Below, piece by piece: positions 8,278 to 17,440 of a stretch of DNA of 64,000 bases (its first letter is position 1; the number at the start of each line of letters is the position of its first letter). The translations under genes and the position numbers were made by a program. The stretch comes from Synergistaceae bacterium (GTDB lineage: Bacteria > Synergistota > Synergistia > Synergistales > Synergistaceae): the NCBI GenBank assembly GCA_031289955.1, contig JAITOL010000150.1, positions 1,247-65,246 on the forward strand, in the 5' to 3' direction. The notes below the pieces were generated by a model that was not told the DNA's origin, did not search any database, and worked only from the letters and a program-made list of their open reading frames with translations.

Positions 8278-9087
8278 TCAATGCCCTCCACATTCAGAGT
8301 CCCATCCGCCCAAAGTCGCAACTCCATGCCTCAAGGCCGGCGCTATAACCTCGAAACACTGCTTAACCGCGCGCTCGCTCCCCGGGAACGCGATGATTAG
8401 GGTATGTCCCCGGACGACGGCCACGCTTCGGGACAGAAACCCGCGAGGCGTGTATAACATCGCGTGAGAACGCATTATCTCTCCGAAGCCCGGAACGATC
8501 CTGTCGTGAATATCCATCAGCGCCTCCGGCGTCACGTCGCGCTCCGAAAGCCCGGTGCCTCCGGTAGTCAGAATGAGGTCGAGGCGATCATTCTCGATCC
8601 ATTCTATCAGAGTGGCGGCAATCTCTCCCCTGTCGTCCGGCACTATAGCCGTCTTTTTTACATCGGAACCTATCGCCGTCACCAAATCGACGAGAGCCGG
8701 CCCGGATGTATCGACCCTGTCGCCCCTGGAGCCTTTGTCGCTTACAGTAAGCACGCCCGCCGCTATGGGGCGGCGTGCCTCCAAGGGCGCGGACACTCCG
8801 ATGAATCCCGGACACACCACGCATAGATGTGAATTTTCTCCAAGCCGCAACATCGTCTCCCCCGAGTTCACCGCTAAAAAACCGGGACTCGAGTCCATGT
8901 CCGGCGCCACAATTATTTCAAACCCGTTTTCGCGCGGCGAATTCGAACCTGCCCCTCGAAAAGAGAGCTCGCACGGCTCTCCGTTCACACATGATCCGCC
9001 TTCCGAATTGCTGTGGACATAAATCAACTTGCACCATTCGCCGGTCCTTACATTATGAAGCCCAAGAATTTTACATTCACTCCGCAT
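8278..9087 (-). CDS. MogA/MoaB-type molybdopterin adenylyltransferase domain with an unassigned ~105-aa N-terminal domain
   Basis: The C-terminal ~165 aa carry LTVSDKGSRGDRVDTSGP, TTGGTGLSERDVTPEA and FPGSERA, as in MogA/MoaB. The N-terminal part has no motif I can name with confidence. GGGGAGAG lies upstream of the ATG at 9087. Confidence 0.75.
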   Translation of the reverse strand: MRSECKILGLHNVRTGEWCKLIYVHSNSEGGSCVNGEPCELSFRGAGSNSPRENGFEIIVAPDMDSSPGFLAVNSGETMLRLGENSHLCVVCPGFIGVSAPLEARRPIAAGVLTVSDKGSRGDRVDTSGPALVDLVTAIGSDVKKTAIVPDDRGEIAATLIEWIENDRLDLILTTGGTGLSERDVTPEALMDIHDRIVPGFGEIMRSHAMLYTPRGFLSRSVAVVRGHTLIIAFPGSERAVKQCFEVIAPALRHGVATLGGWDSECGGH

Positions 9088-9155
9088 ACGGTAAGCTCTC
9101 CCCGGTAATTATCGATTATTTATTTCTCAACTCGTAATTTTGACGCTTTCTATAA

Positions 9156-9635
9156 TTATTTCAAGGCCGTCCAGCGCCCGCTTCGCCCTCCGGATTTTTC
9201 GAGCAGCCTGACCCCTGTGATTATCATTCCCTTGTCCAGCGCCTTGCACATATCGTAAAAAGTGAGCGCGGCTACAAGCGCGCCCGTGAGGGCTTCCATC
9301 TCAACGCCTGTCGAGTCGTTCGCCGTCGTTTCGCACTCTATTCTGAGCGCGCGATCCTCCGACAAAAATTCGCACTTTATCTTCACGCTGTCAAGCCCTA
9401 TGGGATGACAGAGCGGTATAAGATCCGGCGTTTTCTTGGCCCCCATTATTCCCGCCAGTTCCGCCACCCTTATTGGATCCCCTTTCGATACTCCGCCATC
9501 GAGCAGCGCCGCGCAAATTTTTTCCGGCAGCTTGACGAAACACTCGGCAACAGCCCTGCGAAGCGTCCGCGTTTTCCCGCTTACATCCGTCATCACAGGC
9601 CTGCCAGAATCGTCGAAATGAGAATATCCGGCCAT
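9156..9635 (-). CDS. moaC: Cyclic pyranopterin monophosphate synthase MoaC
   Basis: 159 aa with the KGDPIRVAELAGIMGAKKTPDLIPLCHP motif region. Confidence 0.93.
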   Translation of the reverse strand: MAGYSHFDDSGRPVMTDVSGKTRTLRRAVAECFVKLPEKICAALLDGGVSKGDPIRVAELAGIMGAKKTPDLIPLCHPIGLDSVKIKCEFLSEDRALRIECETTANDSTGVEMEALTGALVAALTFYDMCKALDKGMIITGVRLLEKSGGRSGRWTALK

Positions 9636-9645
9636 TATTATACTC

Positions 9646-10620
9646 CTACCCCCCTATGCCCGACATAACGCCGGCGCCGTCAGCCGCGCCTCGCCATTCT
9701 TCGGGCTTCAAGTTTATCCCGGCCGTTACTGCGCGAATCACTCCATCTTCGTCCAGTTCGCGAATGAGCTTCATCAACGGTATCTCCTCATTGTTGAAAA
9801 GGCATGCCCTCATGTTGCCGGACGCTGTTATCCTGAGCCTGTTGCAACTGGAACAAAAATGATTGGACACCGCTTCGATAATCCCGAACGAGCGCCCTGT
9901 GGCGGCGTCCGCATAGTATGCCGCAGGGCCGCGCGAAGAGCCTCCGGTTGTCGTTACGGGCGCCCAATTACCCAGACTGCCCGCAATGCGCAGAACCTCA
10001 GACGCCCCGACAAACTTATCGGTGCCCCACAGACCCTCCGACAGAGGCATGAACTCGATAATTCTCGGAGTCATGCCTTTATCCCACGCAAAGTTCAGCG
10101 TCCGCGGCAGTTCGTCGTCGTTGAACCCCCGTATGAGAACCGTATTGGTCTTGACGACGCCTATCCCACATTCGAGAGCCGCGGATATGCCCGACATCAC
10201 GGATTCGATATCCCCGACTCGGGTTATCGAGGCAAATTTCTCCGGATCGAGCGTGTCGAGACTGATGTTGAGGCTCGACAACCGGGCTGCCGTTATCATG
10301 GCGCGCGCGCCCGTTATAAGCGAAGCGTTCGTCGTCATCGAAAGGGCTATGTCGGGAAATTCCCTCCTGAAATCCACGAGAAACTCCGCCATGCCCCTCC
10401 TCACGAGAGGTTCTCCTCCCGTGAAGCGTATATGCCGTATCCCGAGCGACACCAGTATGCGGGCGAGCCATATTATCTCCTCGTACCGCAGTATATCGCC
10501 ATGCGAGACGGATTTGACGCCTTCCTCCGGCATACAGTAGACGCATCGATAGTTACACCTGTCCGTTACGGATATTCTGGCATAATCTATTTGGCGTCCC
10601 CTCATATCGACAATGCTCAT
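9646..10620 (-). CDS. moaA: GTP 3',8-cyclase MoaA (radical SAM)
   Basis: CNYRCVYC cluster motif and GGEPL. Start moved to the ATG at 10620 (MSIVDMRGRQIDY), which is preceded by AAGGAAGGAAA. The ORF-track start is 10665. Confidence 0.93.
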   Translation of the reverse strand: MSIVDMRGRQIDYARISVTDRCNYRCVYCMPEEGVKSVSHGDILRYEEIIWLARILVSLGIRHIRFTGGEPLVRRGMAEFLVDFRREFPDIALSMTTNASLITGARAMITAARLSSLNISLDTLDPEKFASITRVGDIESVMSGISAALECGIGVVKTNTVLIRGFNDDELPRTLNFAWDKGMTPRIIEFMPLSEGLWGTDKFVGASEVLRIAGSLGNWAPVTTTGGSSRGPAAYYADAATGRSFGIIEAVSNHFCSSCNRLRITASGNMRACLFNNEEIPLMKLIRELDEDGVIRAVTAGINLKPEEWRGAADGAGVMSGIGG

Positions 10621-10663
10621 TCTAAAAAATTTCCTTCCTTGATAATCGCCCCGCCCGGATCGC

Positions 10664-10701
10664 AAAAATGCTGGCGCTCACATAGAGACGCCAGCATTTT
10701 T
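10664..10701 (-). terminator. Rho-independent terminator after the SPOR gene (end of the dcw/ftsZ transcription unit)
   Basis: 13-bp inverted repeat AAAAATGCTGGCG (10664-10676) / CGCCAGCATTTTT (10689-10701) with a 12-nt loop. On the minus strand a GC core is followed by a T-run. It lies 55 nt after the SPOR stop and about 40 nt before the moaA start. Confidence 0.75.
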
Positions 10702-10755
10702 AGTATGAGGCTGCGCTGCGGAGCAATATTTCATAGCGGCTTCTGTCTCTTCCTT

Positions 10756-11430
10756 CTACTGCATCTGGACTACCGTGACAGGATAACTCTTTTGCTCGAG
10801 CTCCGTCGCGAGTTTGTCGGCGGATTCTCTCGTACCGCCGGCGCCCACTCTCACGCGGTGGAATGTTTTGCCGGAAGAGTCGACCTTGCTTATCGACGCG
10901 GCGTATCCCTGTTTTTTCATATCGGACACCAGGGATGAAGCGCTGTCCACGTTGACAAATGCCCCTATCTGAACTCCCCACTTCGCGTTGGCGTTCGAGG
11001 AGGCATGAGACGCGGCCGGAACCGCGGGCCTCGCCGCTGTGGAGGATTCGCGGCTGGAAGTGGTTCTCAGGGACGATCCGGACGACGCGCCTGACACTTT
11101 GGACGGCGCCCCTGTCTGAGTGAGAGGACTCGCGAGCACTATCGCGACTTCTGTCGTTTCAAGAGTCTCCGGTTCCACTGTCGGGAACGATATCTCGCTC
11201 GTGGAAGCGAGTTTGAAATCCGGCGCCGCGGTCGCCTGACCCGTCTCCGCAGGCGTGCCCTGAGAAACTTGTACCCCAGCCCTCTGCGGAGGGGTCAGGA
11301 AGAATAACTTTACTCCGATGAACAACAATCCGAGCGCTACTACCGCCGCTATCGGAAGTGCGAAATGACCGAACGTGAAACCTGAGTTCTTCTCCTTGTA
11401 ATTCCTGGCTCTCCTTGTCGTAGCTGCCAT
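10756..11430 (-). CDS. Bitopic SPOR-domain (septal peptidoglycan-binding, FtsN/DedD-like) protein
   Basis: 224 aa. It has an N-terminal transmembrane helix (FALPIAAVVALGLLFIGVKLFFL), a Ser/Thr/Ala-rich linker and a C-terminal ~75-aa SPOR-like repeat (AKWGVQIGAFVNVDSASSLVSDMKKQGY...FHRVRVGAGGTRESADKLATEL). The start overlaps the upstream stop (TAATG). Confidence 0.8.
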   Translation of the reverse strand: MAATTRRARNYKEKNSGFTFGHFALPIAAVVALGLLFIGVKLFFLTPPQRAGVQVSQGTPAETGQATAAPDFKLASTSEISFPTVEPETLETTEVAIVLASPLTQTGAPSKVSGASSGSSLRTTSSRESSTAARPAVPAASHASSNANAKWGVQIGAFVNVDSASSLVSDMKKQGYAASISKVDSSGKTFHRVRVGAGGTRESADKLATELEQKSYPVTVVQMQ

Positions 11431-12872
11431 TATGGCGCCCCCTTTCTCGTTGTGCCGGCATTCAAGCCCAGCCTTTCAAACTCGAAACATGTCTTGCTTC
11501 TGTCCGTCATGTTTACCAATCTCTTATATGAAGCCCCGGATAATGCCGCTTCGGCTATCAGCCTAGACGCAGACGCTCCAGCCCATGAAACCGCGTATTC
11601 TATGCAGGCTTCCCTTATTCCGGCCGTCTGGAGCTTTACGCCGGATAAACCACCGAATGACCTCGATATGATCGCGTGCTTGCGTTTCAGGTTTTTTTCT
11701 CCCTCGAACACCTCCTCTCGCCATGCCGTTCCCGGTTTCGGAACAAATGGCGACGCCGCCGCCGTTATTTTGAGCCCTGTTTCATCTCGCGCCGTTGCGC
11801 ACAACTTAGATATCTCGAGCAGGTGCTCGTCGGTTTCGCCGGGCAGGCCGAACATAAAATACATCTTTGCCGATTTCGCCCCCAGGTCAGACGCCATTTT
11901 AAGCACATCCACCACCCGCTTGTTCGTAAATCGTTTTCCGGTTTTCGAGCGGAGATTCTCGTCACCCGCTTCCGGAGCTATGGTTACGCTGTGTCTTCCT
12001 CCATCGATTACGGCTTTCATCATTCTCTCAGTTATGCCATCGACCCTGAGCGACGCGAACGATACTTGCTTGCCGATCGACGACGCGAACTCGATCAATT
12101 CATCCAAAGCCTTGTAATCTCCGGCTTCGGGAGTCACAAGTCCTATTCGCGAAAAATCGGCGGCGCCTGACGCCTCCTCGATATCACGTTTTACAAGTTC
12201 CAGACCCCGCGACCTCGCCGGAGCGAAACACGACGGCAGCGTACAAAACCCGCATCCCCTGACGCACCCCCTTTGAAGCTCGAGCAAAAGCGTGTCGCCG
12301 AAAACCGTACGTTCTGTGATCCATACCCCGCGCCCATAGTCGCGAGTAATATCGGTTTTCGCAATTTCGAGCAAATGCCTGCCGCGCTCGTGGATGGACG
12401 GAACATATATTGACGGATGATCCGCCAGCGCGGCGAGCATTTTCTCTCGGGGCAATCCCTGTCTTAGAATCTCGACAAGGCCCCTCGTGGTTTCGACGCC
12501 GTCCCCAAGGACGATGAAGTCGCAGATTCCCGACAGAGAGATCGGATTGATATATGTCACAGCCCCTCCAGCTCCAATCAATGGGGCGTTTCCGGACGAG
12601 CTGGTCTCTCTGTGCTCCCTGACCGGCTCAACGCCGCCGCCGCCAAGCCATCTGGCGAAGAGCGGTATATCCGCCTCATACGATACGCTTGCCAATATGA
12701 GCGGAAATCGTTCAAGGAGCGTATCTCTCTCGACCGAGCGGTACGGAATCGGGGCGGCGAAAAAACGTTCCACCGCAACGCCGGTCTCGCGTAAAGTCCT
12801 ATATATGTAATGCAAGCCAAGGTTCGCCATTCCTACCGAATAATCCGCCGGGAAAAAGATCGCGCAGGGCAT
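11430..12872 (-). CDS. Radical SAM protein of unknown function (B12-binding-like N-domain plus radical SAM core)
   Basis: CVRGCGFC (CxxxCxxC) cluster motif. The N-terminal AIFFPADYSVGMANLGLHYIY region resembles uncharacterised radical SAM families from memory. The ORF-track start (13310) runs 300 nt into ftsZ. I chose the ATG at 12872, preceded by GGGAGGGG. An alternative ATG exists at 12974. Confidence 0.8.
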   Translation of the reverse strand: MPCAIFFPADYSVGMANLGLHYIYRTLRETGVAVERFFAAPIPYRSVERDTLLERFPLILASVSYEADIPLFARWLGGGGVEPVREHRETSSSGNAPLIGAGGAVTYINPISLSGICDFIVLGDGVETTRGLVEILRQGLPREKMLAALADHPSIYVPSIHERGRHLLEIAKTDITRDYGRGVWITERTVFGDTLLLELQRGCVRGCGFCTLPSCFAPARSRGLELVKRDIEEASGAADFSRIGLVTPEAGDYKALDELIEFASSIGKQVSFASLRVDGITERMMKAVIDGGRHSVTIAPEAGDENLRSKTGKRFTNKRVVDVLKMASDLGAKSAKMYFMFGLPGETDEHLLEISKLCATARDETGLKITAAASPFVPKPGTAWREEVFEGEKNLKRKHAIISRSFGGLSGVKLQTAGIREACIEYAVSWAGASASRLIAEAALSGASYKRLVNMTDRSKTCFEFERLGLNAGTTRKGAP

Positions 12873-13002
12873 ATCCCCTCCCGCGGGCAGTTTTATCGTC
12901 TGTCGCTCCAACTCTCTGTACTCGAACCAACTGGCCCAGTTCGTTATCTTACAATTATTCCCCTTTATGAACATCGCGTCATGGCGATCGCGCGGCACAT
13001 CC

Positions 13003-14289
13003 CTATCTTCTTCTCCTCCGGACATACGCCGGTATATCGAGCTGATCCTGCGGCAGTCCCTGATTATTGAACAGGTTCTCGTCATCGGACGGAGAGGAGA
13101 ATCTAACCTCCGTCTCTCCCAGCTCAGGACGCGCCCTGAGGGGAACAGGGGCTGGTATCGCGGCCTGTTGGAGAGCCGATGCCGGGGGAACGCTTTCCTT
13201 GCTGACCGCCGTATCCGCAATCGTAACACGAGTCGGTTTTGTAAGAGTCCGCGCGGAACATGCGGGAGGTTCCGCGGGAGACGCGCTTTGGGACGTTTGA
13301 GCCTGACCATTGGAGACGAGCGCGACCTCGTCGAACTCGGTGGCTATTATGGTTATCCTCACCATATCCTCCATATCGGGATCGAATACCTGCCCCCATA
13401 TGAGATTCACGTCCTTGTCCGACGCGTTGTTGATTATGCTTGCCGCCTCTTCAACCTCATGTATGCCTATTTTCGATCCGCCCGTCACATTGAAAAGAAC
13501 TCTTCTGGCCCCCACCATCGGAACCTCCATGAGCGGGCTGTTTATGGCGTTGTGCGCGGCTGTGGCGACCCTGTTTTCGCCGTAGCCCTCTCCTATGCCC
13601 ATTATCGCGGACCCCGCGTTGCTCATGATCGTGCGGATGTCCATGAAATCCACATTAACGAGCCCGGGGCGAAGGATCAGGTCGGTAACTCCCTGAACCG
13701 CCTGATGAAGGACGTTATCCGCGAGCTCGAACGCCTTGCTCAAAGACGTCCTTTTGTCCGATATGGCAAGCAGTCTGTCGTTCGGTATGACTATGAGAGC
13801 GTCGACCTGCTCTTTGAGCTTCGACAGCCCCTCTTCGGTATGCGCAAGTCTCCTGCGGCCCTCGAACGAGAACGGACGCGTGACCACAGCGACCACCAAC
13901 GCTCCGGTCTCGCGGGCGATGCCCGCAATTACCGGAGAAGCTCCAGTTCCGGTTCCGCCGCCCATTCCGGCCGCGAGAAATATCATATCGGCGCCATCCA
14001 AAGCAGCCCGTATTTCGTCGCGGGATTCAACAGCGGCTCTTTCTCCCACCGATGGATCCGCTCCGGCGCCAAGACCTCGCGTCAACTCCTTGCCCAGCAT
14101 TATCTTGATCGGGGCGTCGATGAGATCCAGATGCGCGTGATCTGTATTGGCGGCTATAAAATCCACGCCCCCGACGTGTCCGCGTATTATATGATTGAGA
14201 GCGTTGTTTCCGCCTCCGCCAACGCCAACCACCTTAATGACCTCGTGGTTCGAGCGGCCCGGCGCGTCGAGCTGAAAAATTTCCGGCAT
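13003..14289 (-). CDS. ftsZ: Cell division protein FtsZ
   Basis: 428 aa with VGVGGGGNNA and the tubulin signature AAGMGGGTGTGASP. Confidence 0.97.
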   Translation of the reverse strand: MPEIFQLDAPGRSNHEVIKVVGVGGGGNNALNHIIRGHVGGVDFIAANTDHAHLDLIDAPIKIMLGKELTRGLGAGADPSVGERAAVESRDEIRAALDGADMIFLAAGMGGGTGTGASPVIAGIARETGALVVAVVTRPFSFEGRRRLAHTEEGLSKLKEQVDALIVIPNDRLLAISDKRTSLSKAFELADNVLHQAVQGVTDLILRPGLVNVDFMDIRTIMSNAGSAIMGIGEGYGENRVATAAHNAINSPLMEVPMVGARRVLFNVTGGSKIGIHEVEEAASIINNASDKDVNLIWGQVFDPDMEDMVRITIIATEFDEVALVSNGQAQTSQSASPAEPPACSARTLTKPTRVTIADTAVSKESVPPASALQQAAIPAPVPLRARPELGETEVRFSSPSDDENLFNNQGLPQDQLDIPAYVRRRRR

Positions 14290-14333
14290 TGTTTCTCCCC
14301 CTAACCTGCCTGTGCGTCCCCGTATCTATCCTG

Positions 14334-15668
14334 TTAGAACAGTTCCTTGAACAATTTTATGATCGCGTCTATAATTGAGTGACCGCCTTTGCCCACAGTG
14401 CTCAAACCCTTTTCCCAGCCGCCTTGATCTACCGTGGAGGTCATTATCGGGCTCGGGTCGAACGAATTGCCTATGAAACGAAATGGATCGCGTTCCTGCT
14501 CGAGCACGTAGCGAATTATCCCAGCGGCGCATGTATATTCCGCTCCGCTTCTGGAAGGGGGCATCCGCCCGGAATCGAGCGGCAGCGACATCCTCACCGG
14601 CATGTTCATTATGCGCGTCAGATAGTGATCTATGCCTATGCTCTTCGAACCTCCGCCGGTTATGATGAGGCCGCCCGGGAGCATCGCCGCCCCGGAAGCC
14701 GCTATCTCAGCTTTTATCAGTACCGAGAATAATTCCTCGACCCTGCATTGCACTATATCCGTCAGTTCGGACATCGAATATGAATAGTTGCGCCCCATAT
14801 GCTCCAACTCCAGATTTTCGGGAGCTCCGGGTCTTGGATCCGAGAACATGTCGACTTCTTTTTTTATCTCCTCGGCCTTGTTTATGGGTATCTTCAGCAC
14901 CGTGGCGACGTCGTTCGTAATGTGATCTCCGCCTACGGACACGACCGCAAGGTGTTTGGGCCTGCCCTCGACGAACACCGCCACGCCGCATGTGCCTCCT
15001 CCTATATCCACGACCGCGGAGCCAACGACGCTCTCCTCTGGCGTAAGAGCTCCCAAAGCGGAGGCGAGAGGTTTTATGACCAGTCCGCTCACCTCGAGAC
15101 CGGCCTTCTCGACGCAATTGCGAACGTTCTGTACCATTGCCACGGGAACTATCACTGATTCCAGCTCTATGTCGAGTCTCATGGCGGTCATGCCCAGCGG
15201 ATCGTCGATCCCGCTGTTGCCATCGAGAGAGTATTCTACGGGAATGGTGTGCAGAATCATCTTGCCGCTCGGTACGGATACGTTTGCCTGCGCGGACTCT
15301 ATGACGCGCTCTATGTCGAACTGCATCACCGTGCGCGGCGCCCGGCCGAGAGAGATCATCCCCTTGGTCTTTACGCTCTGCACGTCTCCGCCGCTGAAGG
15401 CGACGGTGGCCTCGGTCAGATCGAGCCCCACCATATTCTCGGCGTCCTCTATAGCGTGTTTCAGAGACTTGACGGTCTGATCGATATTGACTATGAGCCC
15501 CTTCCTTATACCGTTTGACGGCGCCTGGCCAATACCTATTATCTGGGCCTCTCCACTCGGGCCTTCACGCTCCGCCACTACCACGGTCACTTTGCTGGTA
15601 CCGAGATCCAACCCCACCAGGACCTCAGGATCCCTGTAACCGGATGAACTCAACGTTTTTTTAAACAA
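14334..15668 (-). CDS. ftsA: Cell division protein FtsA
   Basis: 444 aa actin-like ATPase with LDLGTSKV and VDIGGGTCGVAV motifs. Lies upstream of ftsZ. TTG start. Confidence 0.94.
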   Translation of the reverse strand: MFKKTLSSSGYRDPEVLVGLDLGTSKVTVVVAEREGPSGEAQIIGIGQAPSNGIRKGLIVNIDQTVKSLKHAIEDAENMVGLDLTEATVAFSGGDVQSVKTKGMISLGRAPRTVMQFDIERVIESAQANVSVPSGKMILHTIPVEYSLDGNSGIDDPLGMTAMRLDIELESVIVPVAMVQNVRNCVEKAGLEVSGLVIKPLASALGALTPEESVVGSAVVDIGGGTCGVAVFVEGRPKHLAVVSVGGDHITNDVATVLKIPINKAEEIKKEVDMFSDPRPGAPENLELEHMGRNYSYSMSELTDIVQCRVEELFSVLIKAEIAASGAAMLPGGLIITGGGSKSIGIDHYLTRIMNMPVRMSLPLDSGRMPPSRSGAEYTCAAGIIRYVLEQERDPFRFIGNSFDPSPIMTSTVDQGGWEKGLSTVGKGGHSIIDAIIKLFKELF

Positions 15669-15717
15669 TGTGGGGCCCCCCCAATCGAGAAATAATAAAA
15701 ATACATTATTTTCTTTA

Positions 15718-16545
15718 TCACATTTTTCCCCTGTCCGAAACAGTAAATTTCATATCAGTATATGTAGCGTTTATACTTAAACCCGGAGGCACTCTCCCCG
15801 GCGATGCCGGATAGATATTTCTGAGTGCCGCCGCTAAGGACAGCCAGTCGGAAGCGTCTTCCTTGACCACTATCTCCCCGGTGATATTGCCCTCCGTACC
15901 CAGGAGTATCTGCACAACCTGCCTGCCGTCTATTTTTTTTGCCATGAGGCAGTAAATATCGTTTTTCCAGTTTATTCGATCTATAGTGTCATACCATTTG
16001 CTTATCTTCGCTATTGGCAGACTCGACTGATATATGTCGCCGATGAACTTTTCCGGATCTATCGGCAGAGGCAGCTGGGCGTCCCAGGCCAGAATAGGAC
16101 GGCTTGGGTAGCTCATGCCGTTCACCATCGCCATCGCGGGCAAAGCTGCCCTCCACATGCGTCCATCCTTCGAAAGCCACCAATGTTCATTGTTCCAGGC
16201 GACGGCAAGAAATATCTCAAGAGGCGCGACCGTCACCCTGTACTTGCCCCACCCGACCGGCTTGACCTTCAGCAATACGGGATAGTATTTCGTTATGCTG
16301 CGCTCGAATTCGGCGCCGCCAAAGAAAAGCGACGGCCAGAATTCCTCGGTTCCGGCAGGCATCGCCTGCCATATAATATCGGAAGGCAGAACGTTTCCGG
16401 GCGTTATTTCTATATTCTTCAGCCTGAAGAAACCGTATCTCACCTCCGCGAAATATATCGCTCCGCAGAATATGCTCAGCAACACCAAAAAGCGTCTCCA
16501 TCTGCGGCGAGGCTGTGGCTTTAGGCGTTCAGTCCGATAAGCCAA
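15718..16545 (-). CDS. ftsQ: Cell division protein FtsQ/DivIB
   Basis: 275 aa with a basic N-tail, one transmembrane helix (FLVLLSIFCGAIYF), then a POTRA-like region. Located between murB and ftsA. Confidence 0.8.
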   Translation of the reverse strand: MAYRTERLKPQPRRRWRRFLVLLSIFCGAIYFAEVRYGFFRLKNIEITPGNVLPSDIIWQAMPAGTEEFWPSLFFGGAEFERSITKYYPVLLKVKPVGWGKYRVTVAPLEIFLAVAWNNEHWWLSKDGRMWRAALPAMAMVNGMSYPSRPILAWDAQLPLPIDPEKFIGDIYQSSLPIAKISKWYDTIDRINWKNDIYCLMAKKIDGRQVVQILLGTEGNITGEIVVKEDASDWLSLAAALRNIYPASPGRVPPGLSINATYTDMKFTVSDRGKM

Positions 16546-17440
16546 GCATCTTCACCTCGAATGTCAGCAGCGTTCCGAACGAGTCCATCACTTTCTTCCT
16601 GCATGACATGGCAAGCGACATTATATCGCAAGCGCTGCAACCGCCCACATTTTCTATGAAATTGGCATGAGCGTCCGACACGCGCGCCCCGCCAACGGAC
16701 ATTCCCTTACAACCGGATACGTCAAGCATACGTCCGGCGCTGTCGCCGATGGGGTTCCTGAAAACGCAGCCCGCCGTGCGCGAGGCGACCGGCTGACCGC
16801 TCCTGCCTTGCATAGCCGTTCGCATGGCATCAGCCACATCTTCGGGGCTGGAACGGCGCATCCTGAATGTCACCGACAGGGCTACCCGCCGGGAATCCGA
16901 AAAACATCCGCATTTTCTGTAATCCCAACCCATATCATGCCCCATTCGCTCCGAAACGGTTCCATCCGCATCCACAATCACGACGCGATCCACCGATGAT
17001 CCTATAAAACCCTGAGAAGTGCCCGCGTTGCCTGCCACGGCGCCCCCGACCGACCCTGGTATCCCGGCCGCCATTTCGAGCCCGCTCCATCCGTTTTTCA
17101 CGGTGAGCGACAACACATCCTTCATGTTCGTTCCGGCCATACAGTCGAGCAGAATGTCATCTTTGTCCTCTCTGTACCCGATACCTGAGATTCCGGTCAT
17201 AAGCACCACCGGCACGGAGATTACATCGTCGGATATCAGCACATTGGAACCTCCGCCCAGGATGTAAAAATCCGTTCTGTTGTCACGCGCCCACTTGACC
17301 GCGGTGACTAGCTCACTCTCGTCTCTGGGCGTGAACAGCGTCTCGGCGACGCCTCCGACGCCCCATGTCGCATAAGGGGCGAGCGGCGCGTTATATCGGA
17401 CGAAGTTTCCCGGAATGTCAGGCGCCGACAGCCGCTTCAT
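16529..17440 (-). CDS. murB: UDP-N-acetylenolpyruvoylglucosamine reductase
   Basis: 303 aa with an FAD-binding domain (ILGGGSNVLISD). dcw context. Confidence 0.93.
   Translation of the reverse strand: MKRLSAPDIPGNFVRYNAPLAPYATWGVGGVAETLFTPRDESELVTAVKWARDNRTDFYILGGGSNVLISDDVISVPVVLMTGISGIGYREDKDDILLDCMAGTNMKDVLSLTVKNGWSGLEMAAGIPGSVGGAVAGNAGTSQGFIGSSVDRVVIVDADGTVSERMGHDMGWDYRKCGCFSDSRRVALSVTFRMRRSSPEDVADAMRTAMQGRSGQPVASRTAGCVFRNPIGDSAGRMLDVSGCKGMSVGGARVSDAHANFIENVGGCSACDIMSLAMSCRKKVMDSFGTLLTFEVKMLGLSD

Noticed and set aside
10621-10755. Possible Moco riboswitch upstream of moaA.
   Set aside because: Only about 65 nt lie between the SPOR stop and the terminator hairpin, too short for the ~130-nt aptamer. 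I could not match the conserved Moco-motif segments by eye.
12873-13310. N-terminal 146 codons of the ORF-track radical-SAM ORF (start 13310).
   Set aside because: This part overlaps the last 300 nt of ftsZ in another frame, is extremely Arg-rich, and precedes better starts at 12974 and 12872. The same logic was applied to the N-terminal extensions of rapZ, moaA, murC, murG, murF, ftsI, rimP, uvrC, ylxR, thrS, the yhaM-like gene and vapB.
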